The notes below the pieces were generated by a model, which was not told where the DNA came from, did no database searches, and was given only the letters and a program-made list of their open reading frames with translations. From the NCBI GenBank assembly GCA_030704615.1, contig CM060732.1, forward strand, positions 30,194,001 to 30,258,000: a stretch of DNA of 64,000 nucleotides. The letters run 5' to 3'. The position numbers were made by a program, and so were the translations under genes. This DNA is from Takakia lepidozioides (taxonomy: Eukaryota > Plantae > Bryophyta). Position 1 is the stretch's first letter. Every line of letters starts with the position of its first letter. Positions 38,301 to 52,317 of the stretch are shown piece after piece.

Positions 38301-41300
38301 CAACTACTGCTCAAGGGATTGCCTAAGGGTCAAAGCTTTGTGCAGATAAGCTGCCAAGCATTTCTGATCCTCATAATGGAAGACTTCTGTGAGAGATTGG
38401 GTTTCACGGAACAGACAGTGGAGTCTCCCATGGATCTCATAGTAAAGAGGGCAGTAAAAGAAGAGGTGTTCTTCAGTTTCGATACAAAGAAAGAAATATT
38501 ATAATGTCCTCGAAAGAAATTTATCACATCCACGGAAGGCCTAGAGGGCTTCCTGGGCCAAGAGAAGTAAAGAAATGAAAGTACCTCATGACAAAGTAGA
38601 AAGACAAGAAGAAGAAAGATATGAGAGAAGAAGACATGCATAAAATTAGTACAATTGACGCAGCCAGAGGGCACATCCCCTGCCTTCAACTGTCAGACTA
38701 ACTCTTCTTAATAGATTATCTTGGATTCTAATTAGAGATATATGCTCCTTGTTACAGGAACTTCACTATTAACATCGTGTTTGTCTCAAACAACACCTCA
38801 ATCTGTGTGATATGGCAGGTTGTGGCCGAAGCAAGCCCTAGATTGGCACTCACAGACAGGGGCTCTTCTCGGAAAAACTCTCTTACTGCTTCCTATCAGA
38901 AGCGCGATGTAATCACTTGCTTCCTCTCAATACTTGGACCTTCAATTCCAACAATCTCTCTCCCTCTACTCTGCTCTGTCTCATGCACCCTCTACGACCC
39001 TGTGGACGGTAGAAACTTCCCTGCATGAGGCCTTAATCCTTCGTGTCACATTTGAGTACTTTTTTGGTTTTGGTTTCTGCGGTTCTACTGTTTGGTTCGT
39101 GTGTTCTATATGTGTCCCCTTGGGTTCCCACAGACAGTAACAAGGAGTTCCTGTTACTCCTTGTTACAGTAACTACGTTGACTCTTAGACAATCCCTTGA
39201 ACAATAGTTGTTTTTGGGCTGCTTGTTGCGGGTGGGGGTCCCTCCACAATTTCTTCACTACTCCATGTTGTTTCTCATGAAATACTGTTGAGCCAGCTTA
39301 TAGAGTAGTTTTTAAGCTACCTACCATGTTGATTAAATACTAAATAGTACCATGGTTTCAGTTTATGCTTTCTCTTGTCCCATAAGCTCTTTGAGCTTTC
39401 GGCAGACATTATAATTATCATTTCATTTCATTTCTTTTTGCACCAGTATAGCCCGCAATTTTGATATAGACTCAGTCAGTTTGTTGAATTGACCTCTAAA
39501 CTCTCACTTTCTAACTGTTCCGTCATTCACAAATATTTTCTTTATTGATTAACAGTCAAATGTCTCAACTGATACACTTTCTCCTTTCACAGCGATGACT
39601 TTGTCAACATTCTTGAGATGCGACCATTGATCTGAGAGTAACAACCCCATGTGTAATCCTTGCTTTGTTGTGCACAGAAAAATGAAGCGACCATGCTCCC
39701 TGTACCCTCCCCTGGCGTCTCTGCCACTCCTGAAGGTAGCATACCCAATACCCCCCCCCCCCACCCCCATCTCTTTGCCGGTCTCTTTGTGGATGTTTCC
39801 TGCGGATTGATGGCCGTAGTCTATGGCCAGCGCAGGGAACCGCATGAGTGTATCCTGTAGATGTGAAAAGTTTCTTTCTCACGGTACAGCAGAAGAGGTG
39901 TGCCTATCTTTCCATGTGGACTATAAATGCGATTGAGTAGGATTGACCTTGACCTCAGATTTCTGTGAGTTCAGTAGCACTGCGGCAGTGTAGCAGCCAG
40001 ATGACAGAGTTTGAGCAGCGAGAAATACTTCCGTACACCGAAATCTTCTTCATTGGACTTGATTGTCAGAAGATCCAGGCTTCCAGTTCCCCTGGAATCT
40101 GCAATTTTGGTAAGGGCTCCTTTAAGACTCAAATGTGTAGATTGTGCTTCAGTTGGATCTCCAAAGCCATTCAATCATGAAATTTCTGTCATTGCTAAGT
40201 AAGAACTGTAGACAAGTTGATTTTAGTGGACAAGAAAACTTGGAGACCAATTTACTGGGTTAATCAACTATCCATGCAGGTTATGATGATGAAAGAGGCG
40301 ACTACAATGTTGTCGAGCATGACCACCTCGCATATCGATATGAGGTCTTGGGTATCCTGGGGAAGGGTAGCTTTGGGCAAGTCTTGAAGTGCTTGGACCA
40401 CAAATACAAGGTGTTGCGAGCTGTGAAGATGATACGCAACAAACGACGATTCCATCAGCAAGCTCTGGTGGAGGTCAAGATTCTGGAGCATTTGCGCGAC
40501 AAGGTTCGCTCTTGCATGGGCATTGTAACATTCTGAATTATGAAAATGGCTGGTAGTACTTCGGTAATAGAGCCTTTCTATCATTTCCTCTCTCTGTCTT
40601 CTTCTGTGTATGGATGCAAGGCTTGGCCTTCCAAGTTTCAAATAGTGCGTAACAACATAGTTTTGTGTGGTTTTCACATTCTCCCTGCTGTTCCCTCAAA
40701 AGGGCATGCACGTATGGTCACAAGGCTACAATAAGCAAGTTATCTCCTTCACATACAATACCTGTTTGTCTCTACAGTCCACAACACTAGTAGTTTACCA
40801 TGAGGTTGTCATGTATTGCTTTTCCCTCTACTTTTTTCTCTTCAAGTCCTTGAAAACAGAGATTCTCCAGGAAAGCAACCAAGGGCAGTCCCCACTAATA
40901 AGTCACCCGTTTGGTGTCTCATCAGTGTGTATGCTGCCCTCTTCCTCTCCCTCTGGGCTTTGTCAATGCAACTTATTCCCCACATCCCTCCCTATTTCCT
41001 CCCAAAACTCCATCCCAGCTGCTTCTTCTTCATTTCAAATCAGACGCTCTACATGGGTAAAGAACAAGGTGCAATCGATCAACAAGGGGGGTCTGAAGTA
41101 GCAAGTGACGTGGGGAAGGGAAGGCGCGGTGTGACAGGCGGCAGAGGAGGCTGGCAGCACTAATGTTGTGACAATCTACGAGTCATTCTACTTCCGAGGC
41201 CATCTCTGCATCACCTTTGCCCTCCATGACATCTCCCTCTATGAGCTCATCAAGCGCAACAACTTCCAGGTACATTCAAGCCACTTAATGACCATGAAAG

Positions 41301-44300
41301 TTGCATATATCGTGTAGGATATGTTTGATGAGCTTCTGTTTCTTGGCCATAGGCAGAGAGTCGGGGAGACAGGATTTGTCCCAACATCGAGACTCTCAAT
41401 AGGAGGTCAAGTACTTGCTTGATTTGTTTTTGGCCTCCATGCATAGCATGAGAGCATCGATTGATCGAGTTGTAACATCTCTACCCATGTGATAGCCGAG
41501 TTCAGTACTTTAGAATAAGGTTTTTGGAGAGTTATAATGGCGAACTTTCTTGAACCATGAGCCAAAGTGTGTTTAATTCGACTTAAAACCACCCATGGGC
41601 TATGGAAAACTACTCTATAACTCTTTCCCTTCTATTTCTCAGTGATATGTTGAATGTATAGGAAGGCTCTCTTCTTGAGCTATGAAAACCTGCTGTATAA
41701 CTATTGCCTACATATTTGTCTGTGACATGTTCAATGTATATGAAGACTTTTTTGTTGAGCTTCGAAAACCTACTGTATAACTATTGCCCAAATATTTCTC
41801 TGTGATTATGTTCAATGTATAGGAACACGTTTTTGCTACTTAGGATGATTACTCTCATAGATGGGAACAATGGCTCCAGGGCATCAGCCTGATTGTCATC
41901 AAGAGCTTTGCAAGCCAGCTCTTGTCCACACTTCGATTCCTACGAAAGTTGCATGTCATACACTGCGACTTGAAGCCTGAGAACATATTGTTGCAGCACC
42001 CGGCTATGTCGAAAATCAAAGTCATTGACTTTGGTTCCAGCTGCTTCAACCATGAAAGAAGTACCTTCACCCCCAGCCCTCAAACTCTGCCCTGACTGTT
42101 TTTCAAAGATCAACTCCTCTGCAACTTCTGCGACCTGGACTCCACTATCCCCCCTCTCTCATGCAGTAGTTTAGAGATGCTTCTGAATGTTAAAGGACCT
42201 TGCCCTCTAAGGTCTTTGGACTCTTCAAAGACTTGGTATATTTCCTTTCTGCTTTATTGTCTGTCTCAGAAATATGTACTGTTTTGTGTATTCATCTTCA
42301 GTTATTGATTGAGGTCTGTATTTGTTGTTTTCTTTTGTGATTCAGTTGTCCCTTGAGGTCTTTAGCCTCATGTGGATGTGCAGGGTTTCCTTTTGTCTTA
42401 CACCCAATTTGTTAAGTTGGCTTCTGTGGTTCTACGGTGTCCCGTTACTTTTGGGCCTCCTACCGACGTAGTAAAGTTCTTATGTTTGTACCTCCCTCTA
42501 GTTAGAATAGGACAACATCACTCTGTAGGCAACTTTATAACACTGGGCTACACTGGATTACCTTTCTATGCCAATACCTATTCTCACTCCAAAGTGTTTG
42601 GTTAAAGTTCAGCTGAGCTGCCAAGGACACAGCATGAGTTGCATGCACGCTGCTTTACCATCATGCTCTGTTTGGCACTTGTGCTGTAGTTCTTCACCAT
42701 TGTGCCCCCTTTCTTAATATATACAATATTAAACTTGTCTATGAATACAAAGCTTACAAATGTTTACTGGTCTTTGTGCTCCAGTTTATACATACATACA
42801 GAGCCGCTTTTACCGCTCCCCCGAAGTGATTCTTGGTATGTTTATAACCATAAGCCAATCATATGTAAGATAGGAAATCTAAATTGTTGAATGGTTGAGA
42901 TCATACTAGTATCTAAAGTGGGCTAAGAGAGAGGCAGGGGGAATGGGTACAGGGCTGCAATATGACGTGATGATTGACATTTGGAGCTTTGGCTGCATTC
43001 TTGCTGAGCTCTTTTCAGGTTCTTAACTACGACCCTTGACACATAAATTCGATCAGCTTGATGAATGTCGTCCCTGCACCTATGGGAGAAGGACCTCCAT
43101 ACTAGAAGGGGGATGTTTAAGAAAATAATTCCCACTGAATCACTCTCCCCCAAGAGCCCAAGTCATTCATTATCTTTTTCTTTGTTTTCATGCAAGACAA
43201 AATCCCATTGTCACCATAGGTATCCAAAAATGGAAATGAAATGGGAGGAAGTCAGTAGAGAGAGCACTATCCACAATGCTTAGCTTCTCTAGTGTGCTCA
43301 TAGGCAAACACAGCTGTTCATTCCTGACCCACGCACGCACACAAAAGAACTTACTGGAGATCAATTAGGGGAGGATAGGCTACCCGCTCTTTCCGGGGGA
43401 GAATGAGGTGGAGCAGCTGGCGTGCATGATGGAGGTCCTGGGTCTGCCTCCTAACTCCGTCCTTGACCACGCCACTCGCAAAAAAATGTTCTTTGGTATG
43501 AGTCTGTCTTATCCCCTTCCACACTTGCCACACTAACTGATCATCATAAGTGACAAATAAGTTATTTTCTGTAGGCTGCAAGCACTGAAAAGAGTCAAGA
43601 AGGTGAGTGCTGAAAGTAAGAGGCAATTACAGTGATGATCAGGATACATTTAAAGTACTTTCATAATGAACTCCCATTTATACATCTTCTGCATGCAGAT
43701 AGCAACAATAATCCCAGGATAGTGCCAAACTCATGGGGCAAGAAACACTGGCCGGGAACCAAAGATTTGGCGGTTGCCATCGGCTGCAATGACTCCCTCT
43801 TTGTCAACTTTTTGGAGGGTTGCTTGTGCTGGGACAGGAACCAGCGCATGACACCCGATGAACTCATGCAACATGCATGGATGGTTGGGGTAAGTCTTCA
43901 CATTTGTCTTGTTTATCAAGATTCACTCACTTAAACACACTCACTGCTCTCTCCCTGTCAACATCTCTACCTAGAACCAACTAGATATATCCAAGGTAGG
44001 TTCCATCCCTACAATGAGCCGAGTCCAGCAGCATCCATGCCTCATTGTGCTCCATCATTCATTCCTCCCCTTCCCACTTTTAGGCTGCACCCAAACTGGG
44101 CGCTCTATCATAGGCAAGCAAAGCAGGATATACCTTTGCCTCTATCATAGATGTCAAAACTATTGGTTTTTATTATGGTGATTGCAATTGCTGCAAGACA
44201 ACCACAGGAAAAAAAAATCCCAAGAGGATGGGCTCCTCACTTCGAAAAAAATCGCACATTCCTGAACAAGGGGTCAAAAGAAATGGGCGCCAATAACAAA

Positions 44301-45130
44301 AATTTATGTTCTACTCAGAGAAGTCCACAGGTATCACATGCAACAAACAGAATTTCACTCATGTGCCACCTTGAATCAAAATTGACAAAGTTACCTGCAA
44401 TTGCTTGCAGCCCGCATCTCCAATGACTCCACAAAGGTCACCACTGCGTCCATCAAACCAGGATACCACCAAGCGAAGGCAAGCATCTATGCAGCTTGCC
44501 CTACCCAAAGCCTCTCTCTCTCTTCCTGTCCAAGTTCTTTTCTCTCTCTATCTGCTCTGGTCAGGCTCTTTGATGTGCACAGTGCAAATGGAATCAAGCA
44601 CAGCTACATGTCAAATCTGTGTTAACCAAAATAGCTGCATAACCAAATAAGAATACCAATATAATTCCTCACAGTGCACAATTGCTCCCCAGCAAAACTT
44701 GGCTCCTGGGTATGTTTAACCCTGGGGTCACCTTCAGCAGATTAATTCCCATGGAAACTGTACCTGCATCCCATGACAAATCCCAACATTGTGTAACCAT
44801 CTACCTACATCCATGCAGTTGCAACACCTTCTGAAAAGATGAGGGAAAGTAGGTAATGCATTCACTTCAAACTCCAAAACCTGTACTGATAAAATATTTG
44901 AAAATTATTGAAATGTGCGGGTATACAGGTCAATAAAGTCATCAGACACGCCCCACCGGTCATTCAAGCAATCAAAGCAGAACTCCTCAGCCATTGTCAA
45001 ACCCCATCCCAGCAAACTGAACAACTTTGGTGTGGCTAAATCAAATCAAGGAGAGTTCTCCTCCCTGTTACCCCCAATAGGAGTGGGGCTGTCAATCAAG
45101 GATGTCCAGGAAAAGAAGAGGAACAATTGA
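35387..45130 (+). CDS. DYRK2: Class-2 DYRK (DYRK2/3/4-like) kinase. Core exons 39975-40109, 40280-40503, 41138-41269, 41880-42060, 42785-42835, 42953-43018, 43379-43495, 43699-43889; long low-complexity first exon 35387-36501; 3' end uncertain (stop at 44113 or 45130)
   Basis: Phase-consistent GT-AG splicing gives NAPA-like [33 protein letters not shown] box [94 protein letters not shown]. The N- and C-terminal exon chains are not fully resolved. Confidence 0.88.
37300..37751 (+). mobile_element. LINE ORF2 C-terminal zinc-knuckle fragment in a DYRK intron
   Basis: [14 protein letters not shown]...[18 protein letters not shown]...FLEKIWKAR is a typical CCHC tail of non-LTR ORF2. Confidence 0.7.
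38310..38500 (-). mobile_element. LINE 3' end fragment in a DYRK intron
   Basis: Minus-strand [27 protein letters not shown]...[12 protein letters not shown]. Confidence 0.6.
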
Positions 45131-47660
45131 GTGATAGGGATACGTGGTCTGCTGTTGTTGCTTGTTGTTGCTTTGAGTGAGAAAGTTGGGAGTTTCCTGC
45201 CCTTTGTCCAGCTTATCCCAAAAAGAAAAACCCAGGACAAAGGTGACAACGTTGACAACATTTAGAGGGAGCAGGAAGTAGTCCATCGAAAGGCCTTACA
45301 ATCACCTTTCTTCAAAAAGCTCACATTGTACTCACTTAGGGAATGTTAGAGGAACCTCGTGACTGCTGGCAAGAAGTGTTGATTCTAACCAAATTGCCAA
45401 CCCCTACTCTCAATCGAAGGTTGGTGGCTCAATCTGCCTTCTTTCCCCTCCTTTCTCAAGATGCCGGCTGGGGCCGACATAATTCCCCCCCTATGAAGAA
45501 TTTTCAGGAGACGAGTAATTTGCTACTTGCACAAAAGTCTAAACGTGCAGGCATACTGCATCCCAGTTGCAAAGCTCCACCTTCTTCTGGAATCATTGAG
45601 CCTTGGGCCCCTAAGGAAGAGACAAGAGACCTTCCGAAAAAGCGAAAGAGCGGGAAAGACAAATCCTGAGGATACCCTCACTCTCCGACGAGCGTTCTGC
45701 TAAAATTCAGCACATCAATTCCTGTTCCACAACAGTACAACATGTAGTATATTATCACACTCAGATTTGCAGATTTGATATCACCTGCGCTCCAATACAG
45801 GAAAAACCGGATATTGAATCATTGTATATTCTTTTCTTGTGCCAAGTGTGTGCAAAAGGTCAGTAGACCATACCCTTGTGTTCCCTCCGTAAGTGTAAAG
45901 TGTTTGTTTTACAAAGCACAAGATTTCGAGCATACCTCTGATGTCAAGGGACAGTCATGTTCAACAGCATTCAATTGTAAGTGACTCAAATTCTAAACAT
46001 GGTAGTTCAAGTGGTGCACAAGGAATCATAATTCAACACTAAATCTGAGATGGTGTTGTACCTCTGGCCCACATCTATGATTTATTTAGTAAACATCAAA
46101 GTTTGTTTGTCTGTTCCATGTAGCTCCCTCTCAAACATTCCACTACTAATTGCACTAATTGGGATTGTAAGAGAGGTGAAGATTTTTTAGTAAATTTAGA
46201 AAACGATTGCCCCATTATCAATAAATATTGAGGGCTTCCTGTGAATCCCAGTTGACAATTGATTCGTCTCCCCTTCTCCACTGTGCACATTGCCATTAAT
46301 TCTGTAGGCACCAAGCAAGGGACTCTAGACCACAGCACCTGCCTCACTTGGCATTTTATTGATCAAATCCTTTTGCCTGATCAAATCACCAACCATGCAG
46401 CCAAAGTCTCCACTGCAGCAGTGAGGCCATGATCTTGACTTAGGAAATCAAAGTATATCCACCTTCATCCACTAAACCAACGGAGCCACAAGGAGAGAGA
46501 ACACATGTGAAGATGATATTGTCCTGCAACCCTTCCTTCTGCATTCCTTGAAATTGTTGCTGAGCCTCCCTATAACAAGGAAGTGATGCACTTGACTTCA
46601 AATCTTTTGATGAGCCTTACTTCTGGGCCAGAAATCTTTGGCTGGTCCATTTTCATTTCCTTCAAGTTGAACATTCCCTTTCCATTGTAGATGCTCCTGC
46701 ATTTGGAATACATGTCCATGAAGGCAGTGTCAAGAATGACATGATACAATTCCAACGTTCGTTTTACCTCTTTGCCCTTGGGCTGCCAGGCTCGCACATG
46801 AATTGCAAACGCAATTGAACATAAACATATTAATGTTGTGCCAACAAGCTTCGTTCAACGCAGGTGTTTGAAAACAAGCAAATTGCCTGCTTTGATAACC
46901 AAAGAAGAGGCTGAAAGAGAAAAATTGATAATCTAAGGTATATCAGATTCAAAATACAGAACACATAACTGACAAAGTAAAGCAGAACGATATCTACTTA
47001 CACTGTCTCTTTGTCTTTGGCCTATTAGCAGCCTACCTACATCCAACGAAGGTGGGTGATGATGTACCTTTATGCTAAAGATCCCCTCGTGCAACATTTG
47101 CTCATATGTCTCCAAAGTCTCCACCCTGCACTCCATGCCAAGCATATCCTGTGATCATTGCACTCCATGACACCACATCTCCTTTAGCTATATTGTTGAA
47201 CACTTGAAGTAAATGGTTTGTACTGCATACATAGGCTTGTTTCACCAGTAATCCCCACAAGAACAAACCCCATGTTGGAAGTGGTGAAACTCGCAGAAAA
47301 AACAACCGTCACATATATGTAACAACTTAAATCTGTAGCAGTTTGAGTGAAAACCATCAAAACAAAACAGTACCTGTTGTGTTGTTCACGAGCTCCATGG
47401 CATACATCGATATTCGCCGGCACCAGGCCGTGCTTGATATTGTATGCCAGCTCCGTGTGCTTTCACCAAAGGGGGTTTTGACCCTCTCTCAATCCAAAGG
47501 CCCTGGCGCATGACGTGAGAGCTTCCGCTAAGGAGATAAGAAATTACCGGGTAACCAACGCTATGGCGATCCCGGTCACACCTGGAAATGAGTCCATTGG
47601 GCCCATGATGGAGAGGAACAGTGAGAAGAAACTCACCCGGCGCTCTCGAATGCTGCATTG
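44109..47660. repeat. Local segmental duplication, copy 2
   Basis: Same matches as copy 1. It lacks the PPR body (29330-31463) and carries about 750 bp (46088-46842) absent from copy 1. Confidence 0.95.
46180..47230 (-). pseudogene. Decayed PLS-E PPR remnant
   Basis: VVSWSAMITGYAWHG, TAFMDMYSKCRSI, GLVDEG, DHGL and FGCMV pieces in shifting frames. Confidence 0.6.
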
Positions 47661-47889
47661 TTCGGAAACTATGGGACCAAAGTGCCTAATGCCTGAAAAT
47701 TCAAGAAAAAAACTTTCAAGCCTCTTCTCATGTTGTTTGTAATAAGATAAAAAATTCATTGAACAAAAATCAATACAAATATATGCGTGCGGAAATAACT
47801 TCCTACAAATCGCAATCTATTTGCGAGAGCTCCATGTAACTTCGAAAGGCCCCTGCATGGACTCGACAATATCATCATATTCATCCTCC

Positions 47890-49654
47890 TCGCTAATCAT
47901 CACGATCTCTCCATCTACCTCGTCCACCACACCTCGTCCACCACATTGAGATTGGGATATCCTCATTTTCAATGTGCAGATTTGCAAGACATCTACACAT
48001 GGTTACCTCTACACTAAGGTCAAGGTAGATATCAGGGATATCCTGCGTGACTTGAGCATTCCCGTCCACCAAATCATCATTCACTGCAAACAAATTGGTT
48101 ACAAAATTTGCTCGGATAGCCTCTCCCTGGAAGGTGTGCTCTAAAACCCGTAAAATCCCACATTGTTTCCACCCAGGGACAACCATGTCCGTATGCACCA
48201 AAGCCTCCCACATCCAAATTGCTACATGACATTCACGCATGGAAGGCAATTCCGTCTTCACCTCTACCTCTTTAGCGGGCACACCTGCTTCCAATTGCTC
48301 TTGGATTTCACATCTTGAATAGTGCAGCAAAAGCACATTTGAGAGGTCGTTGCAAGATCATATCGATAGGCTGTAGTTTAGAAGTGCAATTGGCAGGAAT
48401 ATATAGGACACAAATGTTTGGGTAATTATCTTACATGTACGCTTCTGCAGACATGTGCACGCTCCAACAATCAATGAGCCAAATGACCTTTTGGTCTGAA
48501 GGTAGACCAAGAAGTTATGTTTCCAACTTCACGTAAAAACTCCAGAAACTCCTGGCAAGTCTTTTGATTGGACCAATGATTGTCAGAGATGGCCCAATGT
48601 CAGCCATGCTTAAGAAGTCGACGAGTCTCTGGACTCTTGGGTAAAAATCGAGCGGTCTTTCCCTTGAACACAATCTCAAAAGGGATCAAACTTCCAACGG
48701 CAGTGGAAGAAACACAAACTATTACAGCTCGTTAACTTCCACACCAATTTGCGCAACGTCTTTCTTCCCACGTTCTCTCCTGCCATAGGAACAAGATGTA
48801 TCCTTGTTTGATCAGTGCTTGTAACCAAGTTGGGAGGAATATTATATACCTTAACAAGGTATGCAATACGATGGGCCATCGTTGTCCCATGTGCCTCCCA
48901 ATCGTTTGGAATCTTGCCATGGGCTGTACTTGCTCTCCGATAGCTCCAATTCAAATGCTCGTGTATGAAACGTCAAGTCCATTTAAGGCTTATCGTGAAC
49001 CTTTTCGCATGTCCCTCCATACCCAACACATGAGGCGCTTTGGCTTGTAGATAACCTAGATGATAGGCTGTACAATGCCGACATTCAGTGACTAACTAGC
49101 CGCTCGCATTGCAAGCAAGAACTCACAAAGGCCATCCAAAATGGGTTTATCCAATATTTCCATGACCAGAGTAGATACCTTGCTCTGAAACCAACCTCCC
49201 CCTCTCTTAATCATGGCAGGAACATGACACTTCATGACGCCTTCAATGTCAAACCAGTTCCTCAATGATGACCTAGCCAACTTGTCATATGGACTTGCAA
49301 ATTGTCCCGGGAATTTGTACGCACGTTGGAGGTAGTCTATTACCTCCTTGGGGTTCTTAAGCCGCTTTATAGCAGCTTCGATAGGAGGCCACAATTGTGC
49401 ACTGAACCAATTGGTGTAGTCATCACGTTGTTTTCGGTTACGTTTGCAACCTGCACCAGAATGACTGTCGCGACTAGGCTGAATCGTAGCTTCATGTGGA
49501 ACTTGAGCAAGTACTGAAGGCAAAAAAGGGGCACAGGGTTTTGACCTTTACGAGGACGTCCCACCTTCCTCCGTCGTGATGGACCAAATAGAACTGTCCT
49601 GGGTGGACGCACTTCAACTTCAATTTGCTCTCTTTGTCTTTTGCACAGCCTCAA
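47890..49654 (-). mobile_element. Degraded DDE_1 (pogo-like) transposase with AT-hook-containing N-terminal region
   Basis: RKVGRPRKG, YTNWFSAQLWPPIEAA, WSYRRAST.HGKIPNDWE, IPPNLVTSTDQT, WLIDCWSVH, YIPANCTSKLQPIDMILQRPL. Many stops. Confidence 0.75.
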
Positions 49655-52317
49655 AATGCTCTTTCCTTGCTAATTTTTGTAAACTTTGACACTAGCATTG
49701 ATTGCTTCATATTACCGTCCCCCTAACATCTAGCACCAATCCCACATATAAAATTATAGAGTGTGTAAGAGTGTATAAGTGTTAGGTTGTACTACTGGTA
49801 CATACACTATTCCCTTCTCACATGTCGTATTGTACTAGTGCCAAAATCACAAGCTCCGGGAGGGTACTTAGTACCCCCATGCCACAAACACCCTTCAGTA
49901 AATTAAGGAGTTTGCAAATTATTATCCAACCTCTTTACACCTTACCTACCCACCTCCTGCCATCTTCTTTAAACTGCACATTTGAAAAACTGGACGTTTG
50001 AACAACTGTGGCCTTGAATAACATATCTAAGAAGATTCACAATATCGAAGATTACGCCTAGTTCATTGTTGTATTACCGGTATATCCTTGGGCTATCACT
50101 CATGCTCAAATATCTGGTTAGACCAAGTCTACTTACCGAGTCCACTGAAGCAATAAGTGATGCACTGTACCAGCACGTACCATCATTGAAATCAAGTAAG
50201 GTGCTTGCTTACCACTAGTGACTTGGTGAGCACTCGACGAGCTTGAGCCTTGGAGCACCGTGTACAACAAAAAGGGGCATTAACGTTTAGGCATTTTTGC
50301 GCCTAATAATTATTTCAATCAATAAGACTGCTTCGGCACGTTTCTCAAACCAATTCTCACATTAGGCATCTTCACACTACCATAGTTGGCAAGTTGGACA
50401 CAAATTTTAATATTTTAAAGACTGTTGAAAATTCTGGAAATTAGTTTTATGAAATTAAATAATTTCGTGAATGATAATAAAATATCTTTAGGAATATTCC
50501 ATATTTCGAAATCGAATTCTCAAAATAAAATAAATATTCAACATAAAAGTATTGAACTTGTCAGGTACTACGGTATAAGGTTTTAGAATTAGGCACATGA
50601 GAAGAGAAACCATTTATTTTCTTAAGAATAAAAATACAAAATAGAAACCCAATACCCATAGCGTGCCCTTCCAAGCTCCAGTTACCCTTCATTTCCTTTG
50701 GAACCCAGGGATGGTATGCTCATATCCTCTAAAATGAGTTAAAGAACACCGTGTAATTTGGGTCTTGAGGTAATTTGGGTCCTGAGGATCAAATCCAAGT
50801 AGTTCCACGTTAGCAAAACCCACTGTTATAATCACAAGATCACCCCTTTGGAGTCCAGCACTTAGGTATTTCTCCCGTGCGTTCTATCTCGTTGAACTCA
50901 CAAGTTGTTGGAGACGCCAGCTTTACTTGTTTGTTTAGTCTTTTGTCGACCAACTCTCATACCAAAAAGGAAGGTCCCTAAAACCCATGTCACTTCACCC
51001 CGTTAATCACCATCTACATTTATGACTGCAGCGGAAGGAAAAACCAAAAGATAGGGGTATAGAAGATAACTACTAGCAAGTGTGTTGTTCCAGAGAGGCG
51101 TCATCCTTGGTCGGATCCGTTGGCCTCTAACTGACACTATCCCAGTCAACTTCTCCATGGTACACCTTCATTGTTCATAGTTTTGGCCACCAAGCTGCCC
51201 ATAGTGAGTTGCATGTACATATGTGCTTCCTTGAGTCCTTGACTTCTGGTCCAACTTCTTTCCAGTTAGGTCACTTGCAACATCTCTTTTCTGTGAAGTA
51301 ACTTGTCCAAGATCTTCTGTTTTGTGATATAGTAAATAAATGCTAACACTTCACCATCTTTGTCCAAGCCTATGTTAATTCTAAGATAAAGACTACTGAT
51401 TGCTTGTTGTCATGGCTACTTCTGCGGGAAAAAAACTCGCTAAACTCCAACACTACAATCTCCAAACATCATATCATTCACTTGATCAGCCTTTGATAAA
51501 AACACAGTTTGCAACCACCTTTATTTCCATAACTCAAGCTTCCTTCTTGCCCAACTGCTTGCCAAAAAGAGAGCGGGAATATGTCTTGAGTCCTTGCTTA
51601 TATAGGTAAAGCAAGCTCCTAAGTCATTTAATACTTGTCGTCACTTTCACGTGAACTTGGCTGCATGGCTAACTATGATATGAAATATAAAAGACAAAGA
51701 CTTCTAGGATTCATGCAATGGCCGCCGGGTGTTATCCCCCTCTGCGCCATGTGACCATCTTTGACTCATAGTACCAAAATACATTTTAAGATACTTGGAC
51801 CCAGCCCACATCACTTCATTATCGACTAATAATTTATCACTTGATAAATAGCCTCTGTGTATTTTGTCTTCACTACTACTCCCTTTATCCATGCCAACCG
51901 TTCGATGAAATTCCTTCTTTTCATTCCACTGAGAAATCGTCATTTTGTTCACTCCCCAACATCCTTCCATCCCGTCATCCACCTGCAATTAAAAGCGTTA
52001 TTTCATCCTGCCTTCAATGAAAAATAGCGATTTCATCGTCATGTTCGAGACGGAGTGCTCCAAAACCCTAGCACCTTTGTCTTGTTTGCATGCCTTGGGT
52101 GTTTTCCCTAGTCACCCCCCATAGAGAGAGAGATGAGACATAGTAGGAGCGTTGTATTGAAGTCTCTGAATGAACCTTATATATCTACAATAGTGTCAGA
52201 TCTTGAGTATGAGATATAAAAGGGTTTTTAACTACTAGACTTACTATGCTAGTGGATGTTACCATCACACTAACACTATAGGTAAATTATTGAAGTTCCC
52301 AGCTGCTTCTAATTAGT

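Noticed and set aside
39941-39974. Frameshift inactivating DYRK at the start of the NAPA exon
   Set aside because: The acceptor ttcag|ta at 39974 restores the frame (TPE|VALRQ), so no lesion is needed.
50950-51700. LTR plus tRNA-Met primer site on the minus strand (tggtatgagag at about 50963-50953, TATA at about 51605)
   Set aside because: The primer-site match is imperfect, there are no TG...CA ends or partner LTR, and no gag follows.
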